A DNA stretch of 64,000 nucleotides. Source: Chlorokybus atmophyticus. Its lineage: Eukaryota; Plantae; Mesostigma and Chlorokybus algae. This document shows, one piece after another, positions 26,181-37,491 of this stretch. Every line of letters begins with the position of its first letter. Position 1 is the stretch's first letter. Below the pieces are notes generated by a model that saw only the letters and a list, made by a program, of their open reading frames with translations, was not told where the DNA came from and made no database searches. The stretch is from NCBI GenBank assembly GCA_009103225.1, contig RHPI01002656.1, positions 347,240 to 411,239 of the forward strand. The letters are read 5' to 3'. Position numbers and translations under genes: made by a program.

Positions 26181-26762
26181 TGTTGCCGACATGGGTGACT
26201 TGTACATATGGAGCTGAGTGGATGCACTAAACACAGCTAGCAAATGCAAGCCATGGAGTGCTTGATCCAGAGTCTTAGTTACTCAACCACAGCTCGACAT
26301 GAGTGCAGGATGCACTGGCAGTCCTAAACCGCTACTCGCACGATTGCTCATAAGTTGCGCACATGCCACACCGATCAAATCCAGGTGTCCACAGGCACAT
26401 GTGCTGTATTTGCTGATGCACGGATACCAATGCATGAGTCTTGGCAAGTCACACCGTATGATTCCGAAGCAACCACACAGGCGCATGCTAATGTGCACAT
26501 GTTGTGTATTCCAATCTTCACATCACAGGATGCACTTGCCCACATGCCGCGTATGTGCCTTGGGCTGAGGAACGGCTTGTGCAGAGCACCTTGAGGGCAC
26601 ATGAAGTGCTGAGGCACTCTTGTTTTGCAGTGTTGCACCAACTCTGCCTGGTTGACATTGGAGAAAAGTATACACTTAATATCTTTACAAACAGTAGCAA
26701 ACTGGCTGCAGGCAAGCAAGGTTTGATGCACTACACGTGCCAAGCTTACATGCACTGTGCAA

Positions 26763-29433
26763 CTATGATAATGACTTGACCGCCTTTTTCGCAGCATCGT
26801 CGAGGTCGTCTGCTGGAGTGATGTTTAGCTTGGCCTCCTGCACATGCAAACATGTAAACAGCGCCCACTATGAAGCTGCATGAGCTACACATTAGCCAGA
26901 CATACCGCCAGGATCTGCTTGCCCTTTTCGACATTGGTGCCCTCCAGCCGGACAACAAGTGGCACGCTCAAACCAACCTGTCAACAGGTTCACCAGTATA
27001 TCAACTGCTGCAATATGCAAACAGTGTGTCGTTAGAAATGGTGCTCGCATACCTCCTTAGCAGCATTGACAATGCCGCTCGCAATGACATCGCATTTCAT
27101 GATGCCACCGAAGATGTTCACGAGAATGGCCTTCACCTTCTTATCAGATGTGAGGATCTTGAAGGCTTGCACAATCTGCGAACAAGCAAAAGAGTAAACT
27201 CACCCAACACCGACAGCCCCAAAGTAGCCGTTGGCCACAGCACTGCCATGTACTTGCCTGCCCTTCAGTGGCACTCCCGCCCACATCAAGAAAGTTGGCT
27301 GGGGCACCTCCATGTAGCTTGATGATGTCCATGGTGGCCATGGCCAGACCGGCGCCATTGACCATGCATCCAATGTTTCCATCAAGACCAATGTAGTTGA
27401 GGTCAGCCTTTGCAGCTGCGACCTGGGGTCCACACGCAACAATAGCAGATCAGCAAAGCAGCGTAGGTTTGATAACAGGGGATGATGATGGACGCACACC
27501 TCACGGGGGTCTTCTTGAGATGTGTCGCGCAAAGCAAACAAGTTCTTTTGCCTAAATGCCGCATTGTCGTCGAAGTTCAACTTGGCATCCGCGGCCACAA
27601 GACGCCCGTCTGATGTTTCAGCAAGTGGATTGACCTGAAGCCCAAGATGTACGTGTACGCAGCAGATTCATGCATGTTAAACAGGAGCTGGTTTGGTTGA
27701 TGATATAATGAACGGTTGACGAACCATCACGTACCTCCACCAGTGTGCAGTCGCTCTTTGTAAACGCTTCATACAGGTGTTTGATCTGCGTTGTAAAATG
27801 TCAGCGCAGTACAAGCGTGACACCCTAAGCTGGCACAGGCTATGCTGCTTGGCATGCGTGTGCACCTGTTCTTTCGCCTTCTCCTTGTTGGTTGTGACCT
27901 TGAGACCATCAACCACCGCTGCAGCCTGCTTGTCCGTGATGCCTTCATTGATGTTGACTGGCACCTGGGAACCATCATGTGTTCAGCACGTTGTTGCTGT
28001 GAACCAGATTTAGAGAATGGGAATGTCAAAGTGTGAAGGACCGACACATATAATAAGCATTCACCAGCTGCATGCACGAGTCACACCTTAACAATCATAT
28101 CCGGATACTTCTCTGCCAGGTCTTCTATGCTGGTGCCACCCTTACTGCACGCAATGATAACCTGCAGCAGCCGAGGAAAGCATGCTTACGCTTGAGCCCC
28201 TGTTCGCCTCTCAGAAGTTCACTGCAAGCCAGTGTGGTAACATAATGCGGCTACAACTACTCACCGGACCTGCTGTTGCTCGATCCAGCGCAATAGCAAA
28301 GTACATCTCATTTGTGAAATCCAGCTTCTCCGCAATGTACAGCTGCCATGAAGATGAAGCCAGTTACGTAGTTGCTACAAGACGTTAATAAGCATGGCGC
28401 CATAAAACGCCTGTCACACTATCTGCTGTGCACGAGTGTTACACGCCGCACTTAACACGACGTACTTGCGCACGCCACACTACGTCATGCCATGCACATG
28501 TGCATGTGTACATGGCACAGCCAGCATGCCAATTGCATGCTGATTGACAACTGCGAGCAAATCTGTCTCTGTACTGACTCAATAAGCACACTCACCCTGT
28601 TGACAGGCTTGCCCTCAGGGCCTGTTTGCTTCGTGACTAGAATCTGGCCAAGCATTTTCTCTGCACGTCAGCAGATGGAACCAGTTTACTCTCTGTTCCA
28701 CACAGATCTCCTTGCCAACACCCCATAAAATACCTCAGATGTCCTTGCCAACGCCAACGACAAAGCATGTTACTTGGCATCGTCGTACAGCTCACCTGCA
28801 ACGCTTTGGACTTCAGACTTCTTCACTATGTGCACGCCACCCTTGAATCCATTCTTGAACGTGCCTAGCCCGCGCCCACCCGCAAGGACCTGGCTTTTGA
28901 CCACCACCTGCAATGCAAGCATGCACGATGACGCAAAGATAACACAATAATACACTTCACGACGTGTGTAAAATGCAGTGGACACAGGCGTTTCAATGGT
29001 GATTGTGTGCTTCAGAGTGTGCATGCTTTGCATTGTGTAACACGTAGTACAGCCAACTATTACGCCATCATCAAACATCAACACCTCGTCTCCTTGGAGA
29101 TTGTTGGCCGCCCGCACCACCTCCTCAATGGAGCCGCCCACAGCGCCTTTGGGGACGTTGACTCCATACTTGCTCATCAGCTCAGCGCCCTGCCAATGCA
29201 CCAGTCTTTCGCAGCGCGGTCTACAGTCCAGCAACATCAATTATAACGACCACCACGATGGTCATGTCCATGACCACAAAGACTGCAGCCCCACCCACCT
29301 GGTACTCGTGGACGTTGAGCCACCTGACTTGCTGCTGATGGTGCTGGTGGGAGGCGGTGGCGGCTGCGGGAGTCGACTGCGCTACAGCCACCACCCGGGC
29401 AGCCGCCCGCCTCGCCGCCGCACGCAGCGCCAT
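26763..29433 (-). CDS. SUCLA2-like (SCS beta): Succinyl-CoA ligase [ADP-forming] beta subunit, mitochondrial precursor
   Basis: Ala/Arg-rich presequence, then [111 protein letters not shown] across spliced exons. Confidence 0.97.
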
Positions 29434-30487
29434 CGTGGAGGTGGACAACGCCAAAGCCGACCACAACAGCGATCTCCCCAGAGAGATCGCCGTTAGGGTT
29501 TGTTACGCGCAATCATCACTTCGCGGGATCAGTGAACCCGTCAGTTCACTTAGCGCCACTTGTGTGAACAGCATCAGCGTTGCACAGGATTCACTCGGGA
29601 AGCTCGCTGCGCCTCTCTGCGAGTCAAAACTGAGAGCTGAACTTGCTCCTGCATAGCAAGAATTCAAGTGTAGTACAGTTGTCTCGGATACTATTCATTG
29701 CAACCACTAGTATGCCTCATACGGCGGGTTGGGGTGGTGTTACTTGTCATGATGCTCAACCAAGGCTGCATAGTTGACAATTGATCAAGTATTGCTAACC
29801 AGCACGTAACATGCTGGTACTTCGATCCACTTCTCGGACACGACCATGTTTCAAACCTCGGACGTGGGCTTGTGCTCACGGCATTGCAAGCTCAATGACA
29901 AATAGTTTACAAGCATACCATACCAGGCTTTGCTTCACCATCAGCCACGGACATTTTTAAATCAGCTGAGCTAGGGTTTATGGTCTCGCAATGCATACGT
30001 TTCTTGCGCATATCCACATAATGTTTACTCTTTGTGACAGAAGTGATGGCACTACTCGCAGCCGTTTAAAGGGAAGGATATGCTACGCATGTATCATGTA
30101 AGAAGTTGCGCAGGTGGATGTACAGGCAGCAAGGCATGGTGTACGATGGCACATACAAATACTTGAACCAGTTGGTCGTCAACAAGCTACAAGCAGCAAC
30201 AACATCAACACATAAGTAAGTTACAGGTAAGAGCAGTGCTGGGAGCAGTCGGACTGCCCGCATGTATGTCGACTTGTCAGCACCTCTCACATTGGCATTA
30301 ACTATGTATGCTACTCTGGCTGATGGGACATTAATGTGACACTGCTTGCTGGTTGCATGCGGCTGGCATGAACTTGATGCGCGCAGCACTCTTGCTGCTG
30401 CACCGTCAACCCTTGCAAGTGCCTAGATACCGAACACATAAACAACGTATCGTGAGCAAATCCAGGCCACGCAGCTTGAGGAGGGGG

Positions 30488-30996
30488 TGTAACAAACCAC
30501 TAGGCCACAAAAGCACGAAGTGTGTTTTGCGGCCATTGTGGCGTTATTATGTGGTCGTCCGTGACATTCCCCCCCACTTAGATATCTACTTTTCTTATTG
30601 GATGTGAGTTTTTACAAGGCTTCTCGTCACTGAGCAGTGGAAGCGTTAATTGCAATTAATACTGAGCAATCGCAGCGCGTATTGCGCCGCTGAGTGACCG
30701 ACTGTCAGTCGCCGTCAGGCAAGTCGCGCGGTACTACCCAGTGGCGGCTCCAGATACGCGCGACGCGTTAGATTGTCCAACGGCCATCCAGCAAGTCGCG
30801 CATTGACACGCGACCCATCATGGATTGATAACAACGACCTCAAAAATCCTTCTTGGTCTACCGCCGCCAAGCGGTTTCGACCTCAGGACCTTTTCGGTCT
30901 CAAGCTCCGATGACCAATGTAACAAACCGCTAGGCCACACAAGCACGAAGTGTGTTTTGCGGCCGTTGTGGCGTTATCTTTTAGTCGTCCGTGACA
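30488..30996 (-). mobile_element. TRIM (terminal-repeat retrotransposon in miniature), family 1
   Basis: 79-bp TG..CA direct repeats 30488-30566 and 30918-30996; TSD GGGGG on both sides; minus-strand PBS TGGTCATCGGAGC (30916-30904); minus-strand PPT AAGTGGGGGGGAA abutting the left LTR; no coding capacity. Confidence 0.9.
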
Positions 30997-31974
30997 GGGG
31001 GGGACATGTTCGCCACATCTACTTGCAGCTGCGAGGGGCCAAGTTGTAGCGTCCTTGTGGTCGTGCATGCAGACGCCTGAGTGACACTCAGGTTAGGCGT
31101 GCGTGTCCAATGGACACGCACGCCTAACCTCTGCTTCTCTCTTCTCTCCTCTCCTCTACACTCTGCAGGTGGCGCTTGAGTGTTGCCTTCAGTCTGCTTA
31201 CTGCTATACACGCCCACCTGCTGCTGCTTGAGGGTCTAGTGTTGGGCTAGTAGTTGTGTTGGTGTAAGTTTTGTATAGCTCTGTCTTAGCCCCCATGTAG
31301 TCGCATAACCGCTTGTTGCTCTATGCCCTACTATCACCTACTTCGGGGTTTGCCTCGTGCAACCTGTGTGTATGATGCTGGTTACTTAGTACATCCTCAG
31401 CACATGCAATGTATACCCGATGCACAGCTTACCACTCTCTATGTACATATGTTCATGAATCCTGTAACACTTCATGCTGCTCTGCGTCTCACACGGTCAC
31501 ACATGCACGAACATCACGCACAACCAGCACAGCGCAAGTCACGCAAGTTGGATAAATAAATACACCAAGAGGTCACACACGCACGTGCACAACAGCACCT
31601 CACATACTCTACGCTGAGGAAGTGATTACAATGCAGGCTAAACGCTTCTTCGTACGCGATGCTTGTGCCTGTGGGGCCGGTGGTGCAGAGGCAGGCATGA
31701 AGCAAGACTGTGCAGCAGATGCAGGCAGGAGCCTCACTTGCAAGCACGTACCCTAACGGCAGTCATTAAACACAGGGGCGGTGCTGCTGGGCCGTCAACC
31801 AGGGTTGATGGCCCTTGACCAGTGCAGCATGTGCACCTGTATCTTGGGTTGGATATGCATGCAGTAAAGCATACATGGCCGCCGCTGTGCAGCGACACAA
31901 ATTGCTGTACATACAATAATAACTGGTTGTGGAGTGTATGGTGCGTGGCAAGCTATGTGCAATACCAACTATGT

Positions 31975-33339
31975 CTACGGGCCTCCTCGTATTCGCCTTG
32001 TCAGCTGCAAGTCCCTTGGCACTGACACCAACAGAAACGTGTTACACCCCAGCTGCAAGCGACACGAGATATATCCTGCTGCTAACTTACTGATGGTGAC
32101 GCGTTTGGCATGGATGGCAATCAGGTTGCAGTCCTCTAGCAGGTGGACAATGAAGTCTTCTGTTGCCTGACATTGTTGTTAGCGTCAGTGTCATTTCGTT
32201 TGCATCTGGAGCTGTCCATACCACTCACCTCTTGAATGGCCAGCAGTGCCTCTGCTGTCCACCTAAAGGGCTCAAGCGTGAAGGTATTGGTAATTTCACG
32301 GACCTGACATGCGCACTTTGAGCTACAAACCACTACACACACAGCTCACTGCTGCATTGCCTGTACCATGCAAAGGTGGCATGCATGCAGCTGGAGCTTG
32401 CTTGTTTTGCACACCAACTCAGTCCGACACTCACCAAGCGGGCAAAGGGAAGCTTGCGTATTAGAAGCTCCGTGCTCTTTTGATACTTGCGAATCTCCCG
32501 CAACGCTACTGTGCCCGGCCGGTAACGATGCGGCTTTGTTGGAGGCACAATGCCCGCCGCCGCTGCAAAAGACAATGTCACATATATCAGTTACCTCCGC
32601 AAGGTACATTCATGCGCAGCCAGATGTCCAGGCCAGCTGCTGCGGTCAGCTCCGGTGTTGCATGCGATAGTAGCAGGCAAGAAAGGTGGTGACTTCATGC
32701 TTGTGGCGGCATACAATGCTACATTCTGAAAGATGTGCTAGTCCTGAGGAGGGTGTCAAAGCAAGCCTGAACGTGCATGCCACCCTGAGCTTGTGCATGC
32801 ATGCCTGTGGTTGCATGTTGACAAACTCTTGCAGCACCTTACTTCTGCCAGCACTGCAGCAGCAGGCACATTGAAGCTATAAAGCTGCTTCAGTTGTACA
32901 GATCCCAGGTACCGTTTATTCGCAATGCTGACCTTTACAACCACACGTTCAGCACTGCAAATGATTACATCAATGCTAAACTCTATCATGCAGCTCTCTC
33001 AGTGATGTCGGGGGACGGCTGTGCCTTGAGCAGCAAACTTGTGAAAAACTTGTGAAAACTTTGTGAACCTCGTTTGCATGCGACACCATGCAAGCAGCAA
33101 GCATGGCAGAACAAACCTCTTCCTCCCCCCCTTCCTCCCCTGCCTGGCCTTCCGCCTCTCCTGGAGGGCGTGGCTGCCGCAGCCGCGCCCGCAGCCGAGG
33201 CGGCCGCTCCTGCGGCAGCTGCGGCGGCTCCAGCTGCTGCAGCTGCAACGCCTCCAGCGGCACTCCCTCCTCCGCCTCCGCTGCTCCTCCTGCCCCCTCG
33301 CCGGCGACTGCCCCCTCCCCTCTGAACCGTCCTGGCCAT
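31975..33339 (-). CDS. CENH3: Centromeric histone H3 variant CENH3/CENP-A
   Basis: MART start, divergent G/A/R-rich tail, [99 protein letters not shown]. It lacks canonical H3 Q68, F84 and T107 and has a longer loop 1. Confidence 0.94.
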
Positions 33340-34223
33340 GGCAAAGGGGCAGACCGATGGGGCCTAGGAGAGGCTACCCCAAGCACAGGCCGGTCGCTTC
33401 ACCCACCCGCATCCATCGCCGTTGCCATGTGGGCGGCCGCCGCCGCCGCCGCCGCCGCCGCCGCTTCGTCGTTGGCGCCAATGCAGTCCCAAGCCCCCTT
33501 CCGACCCTGGATAGCCCAACCAGGACCCAACCCTTCTGCAAGCAGGCAGTGGAGTTTAGCTTGAATGAGGACTCCACTGCCTGCTGTGGAATCAACTTGC
33601 AAGCGGTACGCTAGCGGCCACATCGATGGCGCATGCAGGAGTATGTCCCGGAAGAGGAAGAGGTGCGCTGCAGTGTCCTGGGGCCAGCAGCTCGACTGCG
33701 ACTTACTTTAATGCCTCAGGTAAGCACTTACTGGCGCACAACGGTCAATCGATGTGTAACCACAGGAGCAGCTGCCCCTATCAATTCCCGCGCTTGTGAC
33801 GCTGGAAGTTAGCTGCAACCTGGTTTTGGAAGCTTTGCTGGCTTCACCTTGTGCTTGTCGCACAAGCTGTGCCTTGCGCTGCACAGCGGCCGCTGTATGG
33901 GCTACAGGACTGCGGCGGCGTCGACCGTGGCGGCATCAACGGCGGCGTTGGAGGAGTCCGCGTGCAGCAGCGTCAGCTGGTGGACACACATGTAATTACG
34001 TTGTGGTTAGTGAGATATGGAATTGCGGCACTGATGCGGCATAGATGGACAGCTGCGTTGCATGAGAAGGCTAATAGTTGCAAAGTTTGTCTCTCGGCAG
34101 CAACTGCTGCACTTGTTATACAAGCTTAGTCTAGGCCTTCCTGCCAGTTCTGGTGCAAGCGTTTGGTCTGCTGCCACCTTCGGCGAGGCCTGCTGCTGGC
34201 TGCGCTCTGCTCCGCTGAGCAGC

Positions 34224-37200
34224 ATGGCTAGCGCTGCGGATCGGCAGCTGCCGGCAGCCAGCAGCACACCCAACTCAACGCAGCAACAACCACCTCCGGG
34301 GTTTTCCGTGCTCAAGGAGGGCCAGGCGTCGATTTTGCAGAAGGGGAATGACGTGTTTTACAACAAGGCGCAGGTGAGGTTGTGCACTGTGTGACAGCAT
34401 ACATTGCATGAGCCTAGTATTGCAGTGTTCCGCAATTGTCGCTGCAACTCGACTGCGTTTCGTTAGTATTTCCACAAAAATTGTAAAAGTTTGCACTATA
34501 TCTCAGCTTGTGTCAACCAGTGGCCTGAAGTCATGTCGCTTGCTCTTGCGTCACGAGAAGAAACAGCTAGAATTGCAGCAGAATTGAATTTCAACTTATG
34601 AGCATGCATCTGAATGTCGGCTACAACCTAGTATGTCACTTGGTCGCCATTTGTGCAGTTTGTCACAAACGGCGCCTTTCACACGTTAGCTTTGCACCAC
34701 CAGGTGCCAGCTATGCAATGCTTCTTGCCAAACTGGTAGCCTAGGGCTGGCAAACTGCGTGAATGCTGGAAGCGTCACGCAGTTTGTTGGTCGATTGTTA
34801 CGTTCAATGTTTGATATCGGCAATAGTTGGTCAGCGCTGAAAGTTGCTTGACGTAAAATGCATGTCAGTTTCCAGTGCGTTAGTTGCGAGGATGCGTGAG
34901 TTGCTCAGCTCCCGCATGCTTGCAACCAACTGCATGCTCTAAGCCATCACTGCTCATCAAGAAGCTCAACAATGTTGCTTGTCGTCATTCCAACAGTGGT
35001 GGTCGTTGTATGCTGCTATAAATGAATGATGATTATGCAGGTAGTCAACCGCGATCTTTCCATTGTAATATTGCGGCTGTTCATTGACAAGAAGCGTGAG
35101 GAAGAGGCGACAGGCAAAGGTCCGAAGAAGAGGCGCGGCAGCGCTTCAGCAGCAAACCCCGCCGTTTCCAACCCACCTGCCGTGTCTAGCGCTGTTGTGA
35201 CTCGCGATGCTCCTGTCAGCACACAGGTGATCATCACATTCCTGTCGGCAGCATTGTGGTTGTCAAGGCTGATGTTTCCATGCACCTGACATGCAATTGA
35301 CAGCTGGCAGCGGGAATAACGGTTCTGGAGGCGTTGGCGGCATCCGGGCTGCGATCCATTCGCTATGCCAAAGAGGTGGCCGGGATTCGTAGCATTGTTG
35401 CGAATGATTCGGATGCTTCAGCCACGGCGGCATGCACGCGAAATATTGAGTACAATGGCGTTCAAGGCACCGTTAGTGCGCACCAGGAGGATGCGCGGCT
35501 GTACATGCTCAGGCATGAACATGCCTTTGATGTGGTATGTCATTGCATAGATCAACTTATTAGCAAGGTTTAGCAAGGTCTATTCAGCAAGGTTTTGTGT
35601 CTTGTCGCCAACAACATAGTTTGCTTGTTGCCCTTTGTTCAACTCTGTCATCCAGGTGGACATTGATCCGTATGGCTCTCCGTCGATTTTTCTCGACAGC
35701 GCAGTCCAGTCTGTTGCAGATGGAGGCATGCTTATGTGCACTGCAACGGACATGGCGGTGTTGTGCGGCAACAATGGCGAAGTTTGTCATTCAAAGTACG
35801 CATAGCTTGCAACCTGCATGTAGCATCTACTAGTGCAAAAGAAGTCATCAGTGTGCCGCGGTTACATTGATAGCTGTGACACACTGATGCCGCCACTCAA
35901 GTATGCTACACTGATGTTGGCGTACTGCTCAGTTACGCTGGCACATGCAAACACCGTGCATGTGATGCAGGTATGGTGCGTATCCTCTGCGCGGCAAGTA
36001 CTGCCACGAGATGGCCTTGAGAATACTTCTGGCCTGCATTGAGAGCCATGCCAACCGCTACAAGAGATACATTGAACCGGTCTTGGCGCTTAGTGTAGAC
36101 TTCTACGTCCGCGTGTTTGTAAGGATATACACGTCAGCAGCAACTGTCAAGGAAACACCCAGCAAGCTTATGTACGTCTACCAGTGCTCTGGATGTGACT
36201 CCTTCCACCTTCAGCCACTTGGACGGACAATAACAAAGGTGAGTCTTGTGCCACCGCGTAGAATACCCAAGTTGTTTGGCTAAGCTTTGTCTGCCACTGT
36301 CCATCAGCTACTACTTTTTATTTTGCACCTTAATCGCTGTGGGGTTTCGTATCACTTGCTTATAGCTGAGTTAGTTGTTTGCAACATGGACTAGGGTGGA
36401 AGCACAAGGTATTCACCTGCAACTGGACCCACAGTCCCTCAGCAGTGTGAACAGTGCGGAAAGTCCTTTCATATGGGCGGAGCCATGTGGGCAGCACCCA
36501 TTCACAACTCTGAGTGGGTGCGAGGCGCCTTGCACAATGCTGAAAAGATGAAGAAAACTTACCCTGCTTATGATAAGGTCAGGATGGTTCGGGTTCATGT
36601 ATCGGTTTCCGCTTCTTTTTACTGCTTTGGTCGCCGCTGTATTTGTGATGCAGCTCCATTCAGGCTTGTCACTTGCAGCAGTGCATTGTCTGATTGCCTC
36701 CTAACAGGTGCACTCCATCCTCACTGCCGTCTCAGAAGAGATAGTGGACTGCCCGCTTTATGTCAGGTTGTGAAGCAGCTTCTTGTGACTCTGTTTTGAT
36801 ATCGTTGCGTTATCTTGTCTCACCCGCTGTTTCTGCAGCTTGCACAGCATGAGCGGTACACTGAAGTGCACCCCGCCGTCGGCTTCTGTCTTCCGTAGTG
36901 CTGTTGTCAATGCCGGGTACAAAGTCTCTTCAAGTCATGCCAACCCTCTCGGTCTCAAGACGGATGCCCCCATGTCAGTCTTGTGGGACATAATGCGATC
37001 CTGGGTAAGGGTCTTGCAACTATGTTGTCGTGTGATGCGATCAGGTGGGCATTCATGACTGTTGTGCTAAATGTTTGTTGTCACAGGTCAAGCAGCACCC
37101 AGTGAAGCCTCATCCAGCCGAGTCTCCTGGCTCAGTGATTTTGTCCAAAGAGCCAGCCTTGCAAGCAAACTTCTCCCGCGTGGTGCAAGCCATGAGTCGA

Positions 37201-37491
37201 GCACAGGCAAGTGGCGTGGCTCGATTTCTGCCGAACCCTGAAACGCATTGGGGTCCCAAGCCTCGAGCGGGACGAAATGTCGGCAAGCAGCTACGTAACG
37301 GCGAACTTGAGGATGGCGCGGCTGCTGCACCGTCAACCTTTGCTGCAGCGCCTGAAGTGGCCACTGCCAATGGCAATGGAGTGCACACCAATGGAGAGGT
37401 GAAGGTGGAAGAACCAGCTATTGATGTTGCAGCTGGTGGAACAGAGCCGCCCTCAAAGCGTGCCAAGTTAGAACAGGGCGCGCCTGGATAG
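34224..37491 (+). CDS. TRM1: tRNA (guanine26-N2)-dimethyltransferase; N-terminus may extend upstream
   Basis: [80 protein letters not shown] zinc motif, [34 protein letters not shown]. Confidence 0.95.

Noticed and set aside
26870-27322. 150-aa plus-strand ORF
   Set aside because: Antisense shadow of succinyl-CoA ligase beta exons.
31975-33339. Canonical histone H3
   Set aside because: Divergent tail, longer loop 1 and missing Q68/F84/T107 identify CENH3.
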